Shown piece by piece: positions 63,467 through 64,000 of a stretch of DNA of 64,000 nucleotides. Both the position numbers and the translations under genes were made by a program. Source of the DNA: an uncultured delta proteobacterium. GTDB lineage: Bacteria > Desulfobacterota > RBG-13-43-22. Every line of letters begins with the position of its first letter. Position 1 is the stretch's first letter. Below the pieces are notes generated by a model. The model was not told the DNA's origin, searched no databases, and saw only the letters and a program-made list of their open reading frames with translations. The stretch lies in contig CAWDKY010000016.1 of NCBI GenBank assembly GCA_963802945.1, forward strand, positions 96,001 through 160,000, read 5' to 3'.

Positions 63467-64000
63467 ATGAATAACGACCTGGCAAAAAAAATAGGGAGGA
63501 AGGGTATAAATGCCGGTATCTCGATGGGCCCTCTGTCCATTTGCCTGATACTCTCCCTAGCTGCCGGGGTGATCTTTACTTGGCCTCTGGTGCCGAATTT
63601 TTTTTCCTCTATTCCTTACACGCTTAAACCCATCCCGGGTTTTGAGCGGGTTCCTTTGATGCCCGGTGATCATCTTCAAACCTATTACTGGTTCTGGTTA
63701 TTTCCGGACAACCTTTGGGGAGGGTCCTCCCTGTTTACCAATCCTTACGAGTTCAACGGCCCAACAGGGCCAATGAGCACGGTCTATGCCAATTTTCCCC
63801 TTTCCCTGCTTTATATCCTCTTTCTGCCTTTCGGGCCCATCGGGGCGTATAACAGTCTGGTCCTCCTTTCTTTTCTATTCAGCGGCCTGGCCATGTTCCT
63901 CCTGGCCCGGACTTGGACCAAAGATTCTTGGGCCTCCCTACTTTCCGGGCTGATCTTTGCCGTGGTCCCATACAGGGTCAGTCACATTGCCGGTGGTCAG
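63467..64000 (+). CDS. partial membrane protein (YfhO-like/GT-C-like), runs off the window
   Basis: Open frame MNNDLAKK...IFTWPLV...PGDHLQTYYWFW...NPYEF...AYN...; not in the ORF track because it has no stop in the window. Confidence 0.7.
   Translation, partial: MNNDLAKKIGRKGINAGISMGPLSICLILSLAAGVIFTWPLVPNFFSSIPYTLKPIPGFERVPLMPGDHLQTYYWFWLFPDNLWGGSSLFTNPYEFNGPTGPMSTVYANFPLSLLYILFLPFGPIGAYNSLVLLSFLFSGLAMFLLARTWTKDSWASLLSGLIFAVVPYRVSHIAGGQ

Overview
Bacterial chromosomal window with five parts. A deltaproteobacterial origin is suggested by gene style but is only an inference. (1) About 0.6-10 kb: tmk followed by a remodelled LPS glycosylation locus. It holds an intact GT9, decayed waaL/GT2 copies, an intact inverted waaL+GT2 pair and a GC-rich dead galE + putative GT cassette, with an IS91-like relic and three oriIS-like ends carrying outward promoters. 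(2) eno. (3) About 12-26.6 kb: a type I R-M defence island (hsdM, yhcG, AAA-DUF4143, hsdS, a HEAT-like + nuclease gene pair broken by IS630, an orphan MNT, hsdR with one amber stop, a YgjP-like gene). (4) About 26.6-34.6 kb: three acyl-CoA dehydrogenases, an IS200 relic, a pilin, a hybrid kinase, a TlpA and a bPH protein. (5) About 34.6-64 kb: a ~30 kb envelope glycan cluster with eight GT-C-type membrane glycosyltransferases (several fused to discoidin or PA14 domains), lipid-sugar synthases, a flippase-like protein and a GH99-like lipoprotein, plus visible domain-cassette shuffling and a segmental duplication. No rRNA, intact tRNA or CRISPR array was seen. Clustered single-base indels at 26.7-29.2 kb and 53.7-59 kb may be assembly errors. 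All family calls come from motif recognition by eye, not database searches.
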